From: an uncultured Gammaproteobacteria bacterium
GTDB lineage: Bacteria; Pseudomonadota; Gammaproteobacteria; GCA-001735895
Direction: 5' to 3'
Length of the DNA stretch: 64,000 bases
NCBI GenBank assembly: GCA_913061315.1
Contig: CAJXUC010000001.1
Coordinates: forward strand, 72,197 to 136,196
Below the pieces are notes generated by a model, which was given only the letters and a program-made list of their open reading frames with translations, was not told the origin of the DNA and made no database searches. Shown in pieces: positions 42,600-52,940 of this stretch. Both the position numbers and the translations under genes were made by a program. The stretch's first letter is position 1. The number at the start of each line of letters is the position of its first letter.

Positions 42600-43222
42600 A
42601 TAATTGATGCAGAGGGCAATATCTTTTGACTGGTGGCATTGAACCTTACAAACACATGCGGCCTCCATTAATGGGCAGGATTGCGAGTGAAGATTTTTAT
42701 ATGTTTACTGCAGCAGGCCTTGCTAGTGGCACAGCTACGATAATTGATTTCATTATCCTTGGATCAGAACAATCTTTGATAGATGTCTATCATCAATGGA
42801 TGGACAGGGTAGAAAAGTCGGTCTCAGATTATAGCTTTCATGTTGTGGTAACTTGGTAGAATGATGGTTTTTATGAAGGTATGGGTAAATTCGTCCGTAA
42901 ACATAACTTTAATAGTTTTTAGCATTTTATGGCTTATCAGAATGTTAATATTGCAACTGATGAAACGATGGTGAACAGCTATAGCAGGTCGTTAGAGCTT
43001 GGTGCCTTAATGACAGCTTATGCTGGAAACGGCAAACTTGTGTTCCAGCTACAAAAGAAGGTGTTAGAAATGGACATTACAGGTGCAGAGGGTTATCTAA
43101 TGTCACATAATCCCGAGGTTGAAGGCGAAGTTGCAAAATGTGCCATATGAATTGCATAGACGCTTGATGTAGTTATTTATCTAGCACACGTTTGAACTCA
43201 AGCAGCGTTTGAATCTATAGAT
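42600..43222 (+). pseudogene. hydA: Dihydropyrimidinase pseudogene (N-terminal half)
   Basis: IIDA.G..L.GGIEPYKHM, GTATIIDF, DYSFHVVVTW*, NSF*HFMAY and ITGAEG...PEVEGE. Metal-ligand His residues are mutated, there are multiple stops and the gene is truncated. Confidence 0.88.
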
Positions 43223-43243
43223 AAAAAAATCGGAGAAATCAAA

Positions 43244-44524
43244 GTGAACAAAAATACACTTAATGTTCCAAAAGACGATGTAAATAGGATGTTAAAACCT
43301 GCGATCAATGGTGATCGTCTCTGGGACAGTTTAATGGAAATGGCTAAGATTGGTGCTACTGAAAAAGGTGGCTGCTGCAGATTGGCACTAACTGACCTCG
43401 ACAAGCAGGGTAGAGATTTATTTGTGCAATGGTGCGAACAAGCAGGCTGCACCGTTAAGGTGGATAAAATGGGCAATATCTTCGCACGCCGCGAAGGCAC
43501 CGATTCAAACCTACCTGCCGTATTAACGGGTAGTCATTTGGACACTCAGCCAACAGGTGGCCGCTTTGATGGTGTTTATGGCGTCCTAACGGGACTGGAA
43601 GTCATTCGTTCTTTAAATGACATGGGAATACAAACTCGTCATTCCATTGAAGCCTGTGTCTGGACCAATGAAGAGGGCTCTCGATTTCCACCAGCAATGG
43701 TTGCATCCGGTATTTTTGGGGGCGTATTCGACCTTGATTATGGACTCAATCGAGCCGATCAAAATGGCCTCACTATGGGCCAGGAACTTCAACGCATTGG
43801 TTATGCGGGTGAAGAAGACGTTGGTGGGCGCGAGGTGCACGCTTATTTTGAAGCGCATATCGAACAAGGGCCTATTCTCGAAGTCGAGGACAAGACCATT
43901 GGTATTGTCACCGATGCGCAGGGTCAGCGGTGGTACGAAGTCACGCTCATAGGCGTAGAGTCACACGCTGGACCAACGCCTATGAGTCAGCGCAAAGATG
44001 CCTTGTTAGGTGCAGCAAAAATCGTACAGCTGGTTAATCAAGTGGGGCTGGCTCATGCCCCTCTGGCTTGTGCTACAGTCGGTATGCTCGATGTCTACCC
44101 TAATTCTCGTAATGTCATCCCAGGCCGCGTGGCTTTTACTATTGACTTTCGTCATCCTGACGATGCTATTTTGGAAAAAATGGACCGTCTTTTGCGTGAA
44201 GGAGTTGACAAGGTTGTTTCCGATATTGGGCTCGAATGTGAGTTAGAGCAAATTTTTTATTATGCCCCAATCGCTTTTGACAAGAGCTGTATCGATGCGG
44301 TACGCATAGGTACTGAAGCGTATGGCTATTCATCCCGCGACATCGTGTCGGGTGCAGGACATGACGCTTGCTATCTTGCAAGGGTCGCACCTACCTCAAT
44401 GGTATTTATTCCCTGTATCGATGGCATTAGCCATAATGAAATAGAAGATGTTAAGCCTGAATGGATTACGGCTGGGGCAAATGTTGTCTTGTCAGCGATG
44501 TTGAATAAAGCAGGTATAGCTTAA
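43244..44524 (+). CDS. Zn-dependent N-carbamoyl-amino acid hydrolase / beta-ureidopropionase (PydC-like)
   Basis: GSHLDTQPTGGRFDG, WTNEEGSRF, EAHIEQGP, HAGPTPM, SGAGHDA and GISHNE; flanked by hydA and preT remnants. Confidence 0.9.
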   Translation: MNKNTLNVPKDDVNRMLKPAINGDRLWDSLMEMAKIGATEKGGCCRLALTDLDKQGRDLFVQWCEQAGCTVKVDKMGNIFARREGTDSNLPAVLTGSHLDTQPTGGRFDGVYGVLTGLEVIRSLNDMGIQTRHSIEACVWTNEEGSRFPPAMVASGIFGGVFDLDYGLNRADQNGLTMGQELQRIGYAGEEDVGGREVHAYFEAHIEQGPILEVEDKTIGIVTDAQGQRWYEVTLIGVESHAGPTPMSQRKDALLGAAKIVQLVNQVGLAHAPLACATVGMLDVYPNSRNVIPGRVAFTIDFRHPDDAILEKMDRLLREGVDKVVSDIGLECELEQIFYYAPIAFDKSCIDAVRIGTEAYGYSSRDIVSGAGHDACYLARVAPTSMVFIPCIDGISHNEIEDVKPEWITAGANVVLSAMLNKAGIA

Positions 44525-44546
44525 CTAAAAACTGAGTTTATGAGCA

Positions 44547-44920
44547 TGAGTCAAATACAACTGACGGCGGACATTTAAACGACGCGTCTTAATGCCGACG
44601 AATATATGAAGGACTTTAGTGACATTCATCTTCCACTTAGTCCAATGGCAGCGCTGATAGAAGCGGGCCGCTGCAATTTTTGTCATGACGCACCTTGCAC
44701 CACTAATTGCCTTACTGGGATCGATGTTGCTGGCTTGATTCGGATGATAAGTACCGAAAACAATATCGGGACGGCCCGTTTGATTTTAGAGGTCAATATT
44801 CTTGGCGGTAGTTGTGCCTGAGTTTGCCCAACAGAAAAACTGTTTGAACAGGCTTGCGTGCGCAATGATTAGGATCATCGGCCTGTGAGCCTTGGTTTAC
44901 AACAGTGCCGTGCGGTCGAT
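44547..44920 (+). pseudogene. preT: Dihydropyrimidine dehydrogenase subunit PreT remnant
   Basis: FSDIHLPL...EAGRCNFCHDAPC...C.TGID...NILGGSCA*VCPTEKLFEQACVR, with stops and truncation. Confidence 0.85.
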
Positions 44921-44990
44921 ATAGTGAAGTTGATGCCCGCACCGGGAGAGTTGTAACTAGGAAATATTCCAAATTGTACGACACATGAAA
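44921..44990 (+). pseudogene. Possible C-terminal remnant of PreA
   Basis: VDARTGRVVTRKYSK resembles the VDPRTGKVV..YANW tail of PreA (recalled); the position fits the operon order. Confidence 0.5.
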
Positions 44991-45069
44991 ATAATACTAT
45001 GAGAGTGAGTTAACTTTTGATACAACAGCTAGGTAAAAGATAATAGTTATAAAAATTAAGATAGAGAGT

Positions 45070-45588
45070 ATGTCTAGCAGTAACAAGATAGTCGAAGTTG
45101 ATGAGTTTATTGAGTTAGATGCTGGAGAAGATGTTACTTCCAGTCGGAGATACGACGTTGATATAGCACCTAAATCCATTACTCAAACTAGAGGTGTAAT
45201 GATAACTGTCTTTTTTAGTGTGGTGTTAATGAGCTGGAAGTTACTTTAAAAGCTAGTGTTAATTGTGTCAGATGTGAATGTCGAAAGGCTTTATTCCAAT
45301 TGGTTGTTAGGTCTATTTGAGTTTATTAGGTCCATCGCTAGGATCATGATTGTTAATTACTTTTCAATTCTTCGTCAGGCGCTTGATTGGACCGCTTTAT
45401 TCAAAGATAAAAGCCTCAGTCCCGTTTGGAACTTGAACGACTTTGTCGCATTTCTGTTTCCAGTTGCGATGACTTTTATCGCGGTAAACACTGGCGCCCT
45501 TAGTCAATTTTACAGTTATGGTTGGTTTACTGGGTTAATACTTGGTGGTTTGATTTACTACGCTATGAATATGAAGGCAAAAATTTAA
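45070..45588 (+). pseudogene. NCS1 nucleobase permease (PydP-like) with large internal deletion
   Basis: N-terminus ELDAGEDV.SSRRYDVDIAP is joined to C-terminus YSNWLLG...IMIVNYF...FYSYGWFTG..LGGLIYY; contains an in-frame stop. Confidence 0.8.
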
Positions 45589-45623
45589 TGGACAATATGG
45601 CAATATTAGATAAGTACACTTAA

Positions 45624-46085
45624 ATGGTATCTTCAATAGCCATTATATTTATAGTGTTTGCGGTGACTGCTGGGGCCATGTTGCCAGTTCAAGGCGTAAT
45701 TAACAGTCAGCTTGGTAAAAGCCTCGATAATGTCATACTAGCAACGTTAATTTCGTTTGTTGTAGGTGGGATAACATTACTAGTTGTGTTTCTTTATCGG
45801 AGTAGTGGATCGTTAGGCATCAGCTTACTGGGCTTAAAAGAAGTACCGCCTATGTTGTACATAGGTGGTGTACTAGGTGCAATTTACGTCACGGCAGTAG
45901 CCGTACTGATCCCAAAAGTAGGTGTTGCAAACACCATGATAGCAGTAATATTTGGACAGGTTCTATTGTCATTATTACTTGATCATTACGGCATTTTAGG
46001 GGTCGAAGTTAGAGAGATTGGTTGGTTTAGAATTTTGGGGGCTAGTTTGGTCTTATTGGGCCTAGTGCTGGTAGTCAAATACTAA
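45624..46085 (+). CDS. DMT family small membrane protein (YdcZ-like)
   Basis: AG...PVQ..INSQL, GG.LGA.YV and GQ...SLLLDHYG motifs. Confidence 0.88.
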   Translation: MVSSIAIIFIVFAVTAGAMLPVQGVINSQLGKSLDNVILATLISFVVGGITLLVVFLYRSSGSLGISLLGLKEVPPMLYIGGVLGAIYVTAVAVLIPKVGVANTMIAVIFGQVLLSLLLDHYGILGVEVREIGWFRILGASLVLLGLVLVVKY

Positions 46086-46160
46086 TGGGCTTGCTCAATG
46101 TATGTTGGGAAGGGTTCTAACTATTTAATTTAAATTAAAACAACAAAAGTGGAGAAAAGA

Positions 46161-47168
46161 ATGTCATCAAAAATATCACGTCGTTCATTTACCAAGTTAT
46201 CTGCGGCCTGTGTTGGTGTGCTCGGATTTGGCATGTTTCCGGCACTTGCCAATAATTTTAAAGTAGCGGGGATTTACACCCAGCCTATTCAACAAAAATG
46301 GGATGCTCGATTGCATCAGGCGCTTTTAGCGGCTGAATCAAAGGGTGGCATTGAGTATGTATTTTCTGAAAAGGTAGCCAACACTGACTATATTCGCGTA
46401 CTGCGTGAATATTGCGAAAGTGGTGTCAAACTAATTGTTGGAGAAGCTTTTGGCATTTCAAAAGAAGCGCGTAAGGTTGCGGATGAATACCCAGAAGTTT
46501 CGTTCTTAATGGGCGACCCGTTTGAAGCCCATGGCTCTAACTTTTCGGTATTCGATAATTATATCCATGAACCTTGCTATTTAATGGGTATTATTGCTGG
46601 GTCTATGACCAAAACTAATAAGCTTGGCATGGTGGGTGGTTACCCAATAGGCGAAGTAAATCGTCTTTTCCATGCGTTTATCAATGGCGCTAAATCGGTT
46701 AACTCAAAAATTGAAGTCAAAGTGACTTTTATTGGTTCCTGGTATGATCCACCGAAAGCAAAAGAAGCTGCGTTTGCTCAAATAGAATCGGGTGTCGATA
46801 TTTTGTATGCGGAACGAGCAGGTGTTGTCGATGCTGCAAGAGACAAAGGTATTCTTGCTTTTGGTAATGTGAACGACATGAACAAGGAAGAAAATGGCAA
46901 AGACGTGGTCGTTACATCGGCTTTATGGCATATGGAATCAGCGGTTGCTCACGCTATTTCACGGGTTAAAGCAGGTACATTCTCAGCTGAAAACTATCGC
47001 GACTGGACAATGATGCCAAAAGGTGGCGCAAGCCTCGCGCCATACCATGAATTTGAAAACCGAATTCCAGCGAAAGCCAAGGCAACGGTCGAAAAGCTAA
47101 CGGCTCAAATCCTGACTGGTTCATTTACCGTTGATATAATTGACACAGAGCCTAAGTCATCCTTTTAG
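46161..47168 (+). CDS. BMP-family nucleoside/nucleobase ABC substrate-binding protein with Tat-like signal
   Basis: SRRSFTK twin-arginine motif; YLMGIIAG.MTKT..LGMVGG and GSWYDPPKAKEAA. Confidence 0.88.
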   Translation: MSSKISRRSFTKLSAACVGVLGFGMFPALANNFKVAGIYTQPIQQKWDARLHQALLAAESKGGIEYVFSEKVANTDYIRVLREYCESGVKLIVGEAFGISKEARKVADEYPEVSFLMGDPFEAHGSNFSVFDNYIHEPCYLMGIIAGSMTKTNKLGMVGGYPIGEVNRLFHAFINGAKSVNSKIEVKVTFIGSWYDPPKAKEAAFAQIESGVDILYAERAGVVDAARDKGILAFGNVNDMNKEENGKDVVVTSALWHMESAVAHAISRVKAGTFSAENYRDWTMMPKGGASLAPYHEFENRIPAKAKATVEKLTAQILTGSFTVDIIDTEPKSSF

Positions 47169-47195
47169 TATAGAAATGGACCTACTGTAAAAACC

Positions 47196-48770
47196 ATGTC
47201 GACATTATCTTTTAATCAGATAACTAAACGATTTGGCTCGCTTACCGCTAATGACAGCATTACGCTGTCATTAGGGGATAGTGAGATTATGGCTTTGCTG
47301 GGCGAAAATGGCGCAGGTAAAACCACATTGATGAATATCCTGTTTGGTCATTATGTGGCTGATGAAGGATCGATCGAAATCGATGGCCAAATGTTGCCTC
47401 CCGGTTCTACCGAAGCTGCTATTAAAGCGGGTGTTGGAATGGTTCATCAGCATTTCACTTTGGCTGACAACCTCACTGTCATCGAAAATATTGTATTGGG
47501 TACTGAAAGCTTATGGAACTGGCGGCAGGATATGACAGCAGCCCGGCGTAAATTGGTCGACATGTCTGAAGCCTATTCACTTGTCATCAATCCAGATGCC
47601 TTGGTTGCTGATCTGTCAGTGGGTGAACGCCAGCGAGTCGAAATCATGAAGGCGCTTTACCGTGATGCGAGAATCTTGATACTTGATGAGCCTACGGCAG
47701 TTCTAACACCGCAAGAAACAGAAAATCTTTTTATTACACTAAGGTCTCTGACAGACAAGGGGCTATCAGTTATTTTTATTTCTCATAAGCTGCATGAAAT
47801 TCTCGCTATCAGCGACCATGTGGCTGTTTTACGCCGTGGCAAAATTGTAGGCACCATTCAAACGGTTGATGCTGATCGCAATGGTCTAGCTGAAATGATG
47901 GTTGGTAAAGCTGTCATAAGGCCGCAGCTTGAATCTATGGAGCCAGGTGCTCCAATATTAACTATCAGCGGACTGAGTGCTACTAGCCACGATAAACTGC
48001 CATTGCTGAAGAGTATCGACCTGATTATTCATGCGCATGAAATTATTGGTATTGCCGGTGTTGCTGGTAACGGCCAAGTGGCTCTAGCTGACGTATTGTC
48101 TGGCTTGAACCAGCAGTATTCAGGTGCACTTGAGCTCCATAATGAAACGCTCACTGATGCGGGTCCTTCAGAATTTGTAGCGCGTGGTATCGGACGGATC
48201 CCAGAAGATCGTCATGCGCGTGGCATGATTGGTGATATGGATATTTGGGAAAATTTAATTAGCGAAGATTTACGTTCAAAGCAAGTGTCAAGATGGAAAA
48301 CTATAATCAATAAAAAAGTGGCTATTGACCGGGCCGAACGATTAATAGACAGCTATGACGTCCGTTGTAAAGGGCCGTTAGCACAGACCAAATTATTATC
48401 GGGTGGCAATATCCAAAAACTTATTTTAGCCCGAGCACTCTCTCCTAAACCAGATTTTATATTGGCCAACCAGCCAGTCAGAGGGCTTGACGAAGGTGCT
48501 ATCGCTTACGTGCATGAGCAGTTGTTTGCTGCGCGCAAAAGAGGCGCTGCTATTTTGCTCATTTCTGAAGATTTAGATGAGCTGTTGTCTTTATGTGACC
48601 GTATTGCAGTTATTTATCAGGGGGAATTAAGTCCGGCCCTGCCAGCCTCATCACGAACAGTGACTGAACTAGGTTTAATGATGGCAGGACAAGCAGTGCA
48701 ACCGACACCTAAAAATGAGGAGCTATACAGTTCAGTAAAATTTTCAGCTGGAGGCACTAATGCAAATTGA
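47196..48770 (+). CDS. ABC ATP-binding protein (CUT2/nucleoside type, two domains)
   Basis: GENGAGKT, MVHQHF, LSVGERQRVEI, LDEPT and LSGGNIQK motifs. Confidence 0.93.
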   Translation: MSTLSFNQITKRFGSLTANDSITLSLGDSEIMALLGENGAGKTTLMNILFGHYVADEGSIEIDGQMLPPGSTEAAIKAGVGMVHQHFTLADNLTVIENIVLGTESLWNWRQDMTAARRKLVDMSEAYSLVINPDALVADLSVGERQRVEIMKALYRDARILILDEPTAVLTPQETENLFITLRSLTDKGLSVIFISHKLHEILAISDHVAVLRRGKIVGTIQTVDADRNGLAEMMVGKAVIRPQLESMEPGAPILTISGLSATSHDKLPLLKSIDLIIHAHEIIGIAGVAGNGQVALADVLSGLNQQYSGALELHNETLTDAGPSEFVARGIGRIPEDRHARGMIGDMDIWENLISEDLRSKQVSRWKTIINKKVAIDRAERLIDSYDVRCKGPLAQTKLLSGGNIQKLILARALSPKPDFILANQPVRGLDEGAIAYVHEQLFAARKRGAAILLISEDLDELLSLCDRIAVIYQGELSPALPASSRTVTELGLMMAGQAVQPTPKNEELYSSVKFSAGGTNAN

Positions 48771-49812
48771 ACTCCGCGACCACACATCGTTATTGCGAGC
48801 TGGAATGGCACCAATAGCTGCAGTTTTTGCCACTCTAGTCATTTGTTCTGCGTTAATACTCTGGGCTGATGTTCCTGTACTGGAAGCCTATGCTCTTTTG
48901 TTTAAAGGTGCCTTTGGTTCTTCTTTTGCACTTAAAGAAACATTTACTCGTTCGATACCGCTTATGCTCACTGGATTAGCGGTTGCCGTTGCCTTCCGTT
49001 CGAAGTTTTATAACATTGGTGCCGAAGGCCAGCTTTATGCGGGTGCGCTGGCTTCGGTCTACTTTGGTACAGGGTTGATCGATCTACCAGTGTTTATAAT
49101 GGTGCCGTTCTTACTGTTAGTGGGCGCACTGGCTGGAGGTGCGTTGTTGTTGGTGCCGGTATTGCTTAAAACAAAATTAAAAGTAGACGAAGTAGTCACC
49201 ACGTTATTACTCAACTTCGTCATGTTGTTAATGGTGAGTTACTTAATAGAGGGTCCTTGGCGTGATCCAATGGCAATGGGCTGGCCACAAACAGCGTCGA
49301 TAGTGGATAACGGTGTACTACCGGCTTTGCTAACAAAAGGGAGGCTGCACGCGGGACTGATTGTTGCGCTGCTGGCGGCAGTTTTAGTCTGGGCAGTCAT
49401 GCGTTTTACGGTGTTGGGTTATGAAATAAAAGCCGTTGGTTTTAATGCTAAAGCGGCTGAGTTTTCGGGTATCAATGTGAATAAAACAGTAGTCTATACA
49501 GCTTTGATATCAGGTGGTCTAGCGGGTATTGCTGGTGTCAGTGAAGTTGCGGGGTTAAAAGGCTATTTAACACTCGACCTGTCTCCTGGATTTGGTTACA
49601 CCGGTGTTGCAGTTGCGATGCTAGCAAGATTACATCCTCTGTCAGTCGTGCCTGCCGCATTATTCTTATCGTCTATTTATGTTGGGGCCGACTCGATGAG
49701 TCGCGCTGTTAATATTCCTACCTATATTGCGGACGTTTTGGTAGGTGTTTCGGTACTCGCCATTCTTGTCTGTGTTATGTTGACTCAATATAAAATTAGG
49801 TTTCGTCAATGA
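48760..49812 (+). CDS. ABC permease 1 (nucleoside type)
   Basis: NIGAEGQ, EVVTTLLLN and GFGYTG.AVAML motifs. Confidence 0.9.
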   Translation: MQIELRDHTSLLRAGMAPIAAVFATLVICSALILWADVPVLEAYALLFKGAFGSSFALKETFTRSIPLMLTGLAVAVAFRSKFYNIGAEGQLYAGALASVYFGTGLIDLPVFIMVPFLLLVGALAGGALLLVPVLLKTKLKVDEVVTTLLLNFVMLLMVSYLIEGPWRDPMAMGWPQTASIVDNGVLPALLTKGRLHAGLIVALLAAVLVWAVMRFTVLGYEIKAVGFNAKAAEFSGINVNKTVVYTALISGGLAGIAGVSEVAGLKGYLTLDLSPGFGYTGVAVAMLARLHPLSVVPAALFLSSIYVGADSMSRAVNIPTYIADVLVGVSVLAILVCVMLTQYKIRFRQ

Positions 49813-50756
49813 GTGAACTAATTGATATCTTGCTTACCACGGGCTTTTGGGCAGCAACGATCCGCATTGTTAGTCCACTTATTTTTGGTACTTTGGGAGA
49901 ACTTATTTGCGAGCGTGCTGGCGTTCTCAACCTAGGTATTGAAGGCATTATGACCGTTGGTGCGATGTCTGGCTGGATGTGGGTTTATCAAGGCGGTGAT
50001 CTTTGGGGTGGCGTTTTATTTGCCGCCAGCATGGGTGCACTGTTTGGCTTGCTTCACGCAACCTTCACGGTTCACTTGTGTTTGTCGCAGCATGTTACGG
50101 GCATAGGGATTACATTGTTTGCTTCATCGTTGAGCTATTTCGTTTACCGCATGTTGTTACCATCGGCGACCACACCACCTAAAATTGAGCCATTTCAAAA
50201 TTATCCAATACCACTCTTGTCTGATATTCCAATGGTAGGTGAAGCCCTATTTAATCAATCACCACTCACCTACCTTGCGCTACTTTGTGTCCCAATTGTT
50301 TGGTATATGCTTCACCGAACCCCTATCGGCTTAGCCGTTCGCATGGCAGGTGAAAATCCTGTCGCGGTCGAGGCTCAGGGCATTAACGTACTAGCAGTTC
50401 GTACCGGTGCCGTAATGGTTGGCAGTGCATTGATGGCAGTTGGTGGTGCCTTTATAACCATGTCGTGGTTTGATGCCTTTTATTTTGGGATGGTCAATGG
50501 GCGCGGCTGGATATGTGTGGCTCTGGTTATTTTTGCTTCTTGGAAACCCGGCAAAGCATTACTTGGTGCATTACTATTTGCCGGATTAGAAGCCATGCAA
50601 GTACGCGCTCAATTGTCTTCTGGGACAGTCATTCCCTATCAGTTTTTTCTCATGCTGCCCTATGTCATGTCGATTCTAGCAATGATCGTAATGGCCAGAA
50701 AAGCCAAATATCCACAGGCGTTGTTAGTACCGTTTAGACGTGGTGAAAGAGTTTAG
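49809..50756 (+). CDS. ABC permease 2 (nucleoside type)
   Basis: ERAGVLNLGIEG, GENP and GRGWI..ALVIF motifs. Confidence 0.9.
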   Translation: MSELIDILLTTGFWAATIRIVSPLIFGTLGELICERAGVLNLGIEGIMTVGAMSGWMWVYQGGDLWGGVLFAASMGALFGLLHATFTVHLCLSQHVTGIGITLFASSLSYFVYRMLLPSATTPPKIEPFQNYPIPLLSDIPMVGEALFNQSPLTYLALLCVPIVWYMLHRTPIGLAVRMAGENPVAVEAQGINVLAVRTGAVMVGSALMAVGGAFITMSWFDAFYFGMVNGRGWICVALVIFASWKPGKALLGALLFAGLEAMQVRAQLSSGTVIPYQFFLMLPYVMSILAMIVMARKAKYPQALLVPFRRGERV

Positions 50757-50766
50757 GAGTTTTCAA

Positions 50767-51216
50767 ATGTTAGATGAGAAGGACCAAAGATTTTTACGTG
50801 TCGCTTATGACGAAGCCAAAGCTGGGTTTGATGAAGGCGGTTGTCCGATTGGCAGTTCATTGGCTAAAGATGGCCAATTAATCGCTCAGGGGCGCAATCA
50901 GCGAGTGCAAGCTGGAGATCCAATTGCTCATGGTGAAATGGATTGCTTACGAAAAGCCGGCCGCCAGAAAAGTTATAAGGGTATGACGTTATATACTTCA
51001 TTGTCTCCGTGCATGATGTGTTCTGGTACAATTGTACAGTTTGGTATCCAACGAATAGTGGTGGGTGAAAATAAGAACTTTGGTGGCAATGAAGCATTTC
51101 TACGTAGTCGAGGAGTTGAAGTCATCCTAGCGGACGATAAAGATTGCGAAGACTTAATGCAACGTTTTATCACTGAAAAACCAGAATTGTGGGCAGAGGA
51201 TATTGCTGAAGATTAA
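50767..51216 (+). CDS. Cytosine/nucleoside deaminase (fungal FCY1-type)
   Basis: EGG.PIG, HGEMDCL, SPCMMC and LW.EDI motifs; AGGAG SD before ATG 50767. Confidence 0.85.
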   Translation: MLDEKDQRFLRVAYDEAKAGFDEGGCPIGSSLAKDGQLIAQGRNQRVQAGDPIAHGEMDCLRKAGRQKSYKGMTLYTSLSPCMMCSGTIVQFGIQRIVVGENKNFGGNEAFLRSRGVEVILADDKDCEDLMQRFITEKPELWAEDIAED

Positions 51217-51394
51217 TCGCTATGTTTTAAAAAGCCTCTGAAAATAATGCAAGAGGAGATAGTGACGCGCATTGAATCGATTAAAAGCGGTAAGTTTTGT
51301 TAGAAATTAAAGATGCGACGCTCTAATAAAGCAGAAAAAAAGTAGCCGTTAAACTTCATCGAATAAATGGGTTCGGTTATGAGTTATGCTCACT

Positions 51395-51943
51395 TTATTC
51401 GTACAACAAGCCTTTCAAAACAACATCAATTAGAGTTTTTTTGCTTCTTCAATAAGCCTTATCTGACAAGGGCTGACCATTATTAAGCACATTGTTCGGC
51501 GTACTTAAATCTGCGTAGTGCTGGGTTGAGGCCCAGATCATATAAAGAAGATAACGCGGATGTACCGGCCGCAACATACCTCAGTCGATCCAGCTTTGAA
51601 TCTGTTTTTCACGAGATTGGCACCATTCAAGCAGGTGACTTTCCATGTAGTCACGCATCGTGACTGATTTCGTTGGCCCAAACTTTCCACCCGTTTGGAC
51701 GACTGCGTGATAACGCCATTTTAGCGCTAATAAAAGCGTTGAGGGCTTCTTGAGGATCATCATGGTCATCAAATTGATCGGCGGCTTTTAATCATACGAG
51801 GAATACGTCATCTTAGCGCCCTGAAAACCACAAGTAGCAAAGACGAATTCAGCAACCCAAAGAATAAATTTTTCACCTCGCCTTCGTCGCTTTGCATTGC
51901 TCGTTGGAGAGATTTCTTCAGATTGAGTACGTTTAACATCCAA
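51395..51943 (-). pseudogene. rutR: RutR/PydR-like TetR regulator pseudogene
   Basis: ILWVAEFVFA..GFQGA, then the HTH is deleted; KMALSRSRPNG.KVWANEI and LLYMIWASTQHYAD (RutR signature) follow, with stops and a frameshift. Confidence 0.85.
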
Positions 51944-52113
51944 GGCGATTATCCTCGCTGGTTATCTATACTTAACTTTAATAGAGATGGGGATATTGAC
52001 AGTAGAGAGACTATAATAAGGTGTTTAAATTCAAGTGATCAGTCTGACAAATTCATTTCATATAGATTAGAATTTGTATCACGAAGTGAAAAACTAAAAC
52101 CTGAGAGACATTT

Positions 52114-52767
52114 ATGAGCCACAAAGTCCATCTGATAGACCACCCTTTGATCCAACATAAACTAACCCTAATGCGTCAAAAAAATACGGCTGCCGCAGAG
52201 TTCAGAAGGCTTTTAAAGGAAATTAGCTTATTGGTTGGATACGAAGCCACGCGCGATTTAGCAATGACAACCAAGGTAATTGACACGCCACTTGAAGCAA
52301 TGGAAGCCCCTATTTTGGCGGGCAAAAAAATGTGCTTCTTTTCAATTTTGCGGGCAGGAGAAGGGCTTTTATCTGGATTAGAAGAGTTAGTACCTTCTGC
52401 CAGAATTGGCCATGTTGGGCTCTATCGTGACCCCGTAACATTAGAGGCCATTGAGTATTACTTTAAAGCCCCTGCAGATCTTGAGCAACGGCTTTGCATC
52501 GTGGTAGACCCAATGTTAGCGACCGGACATTCGGCGTCCGCTGCTCTGACTAGAATTAAAGGTGCAGGTGCTAAAAACATTCGTTTTATTTGTCTATTGG
52601 CTGCTCCTGATGGTATTCAAACACTCAAGGAAGACCATCCAGATGTGCCTATATACACGGCTTCTTTGGATCGAGAGTGCAATGAGAAAGGTTATATTTT
52701 GCCCGGCTTAGGTGATGCTGGAGATCGATTGTTTGGAACTCGTTCAGGCAGTATAAAAAAGAAATAG
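52114..52767 (+). CDS. upp: Uracil phosphoribosyltransferase
   Basis: [22 protein letters not shown] and [13 protein letters not shown] motifs. Confidence 0.96.
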   Translation: MSHKVHLIDHPLIQHKLTLMRQKNTAAAEFRRLLKEISLLVGYEATRDLAMTTKVIDTPLEAMEAPILAGKKMCFFSILRAGEGLLSGLEELVPSARIGHVGLYRDPVTLEAIEYYFKAPADLEQRLCIVVDPMLATGHSASAALTRIKGAGAKNIRFICLLAAPDGIQTLKEDHPDVPIYTASLDRECNEKGYILPGLGDAGDRLFGTRSGSIKKK

Positions 52768-52871
52768 TTAAAAACTTATTGTAGTGGAGGGTAGGTGTAA
52801 AACGTCGAAGTCAGAGACACAAGCCAAGCAATAATATTGCTTTATGCAGGCAGAAATATAGTTTCTAAATA

Positions 52872-52919
52872 TTGCCGCTACTGATTCAGATTATTTTTGA
52901 TCAGAATCAGTAACGGCAA
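52872..52919. terminator. Long inverted repeat, probable bidirectional terminator
   Basis: TTGCCGCTACTGATTCAGAT...ATCAGAATCAGTAACGGCAA (18/20 complementary) between convergent upp and cuyA, followed by a T-run. Confidence 0.75.
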
Positions 52920-52940
52920 CTTTTTTAAGTATTACGGGGT

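Noticed and set aside
42020-42600. Long intergenic region checked for a riboswitch, ncRNA or small ORF
   Set aside because: No conserved riboswitch core or convincing ORF recognised.
44810-44830. In-frame TGA in preT as a possible selenocysteine or recoding site
   Set aside because: It replaces a conserved Arg (CGA) in CARVCP, and other stops and truncation show simple decay.
52035-52050. GTGATCAGTCTGACAA as a RutR box upstream of upp
   Set aside because: Only 9 of 14 positions match TTGACCAnnTGGTCAA; the position fits but the match is weak.
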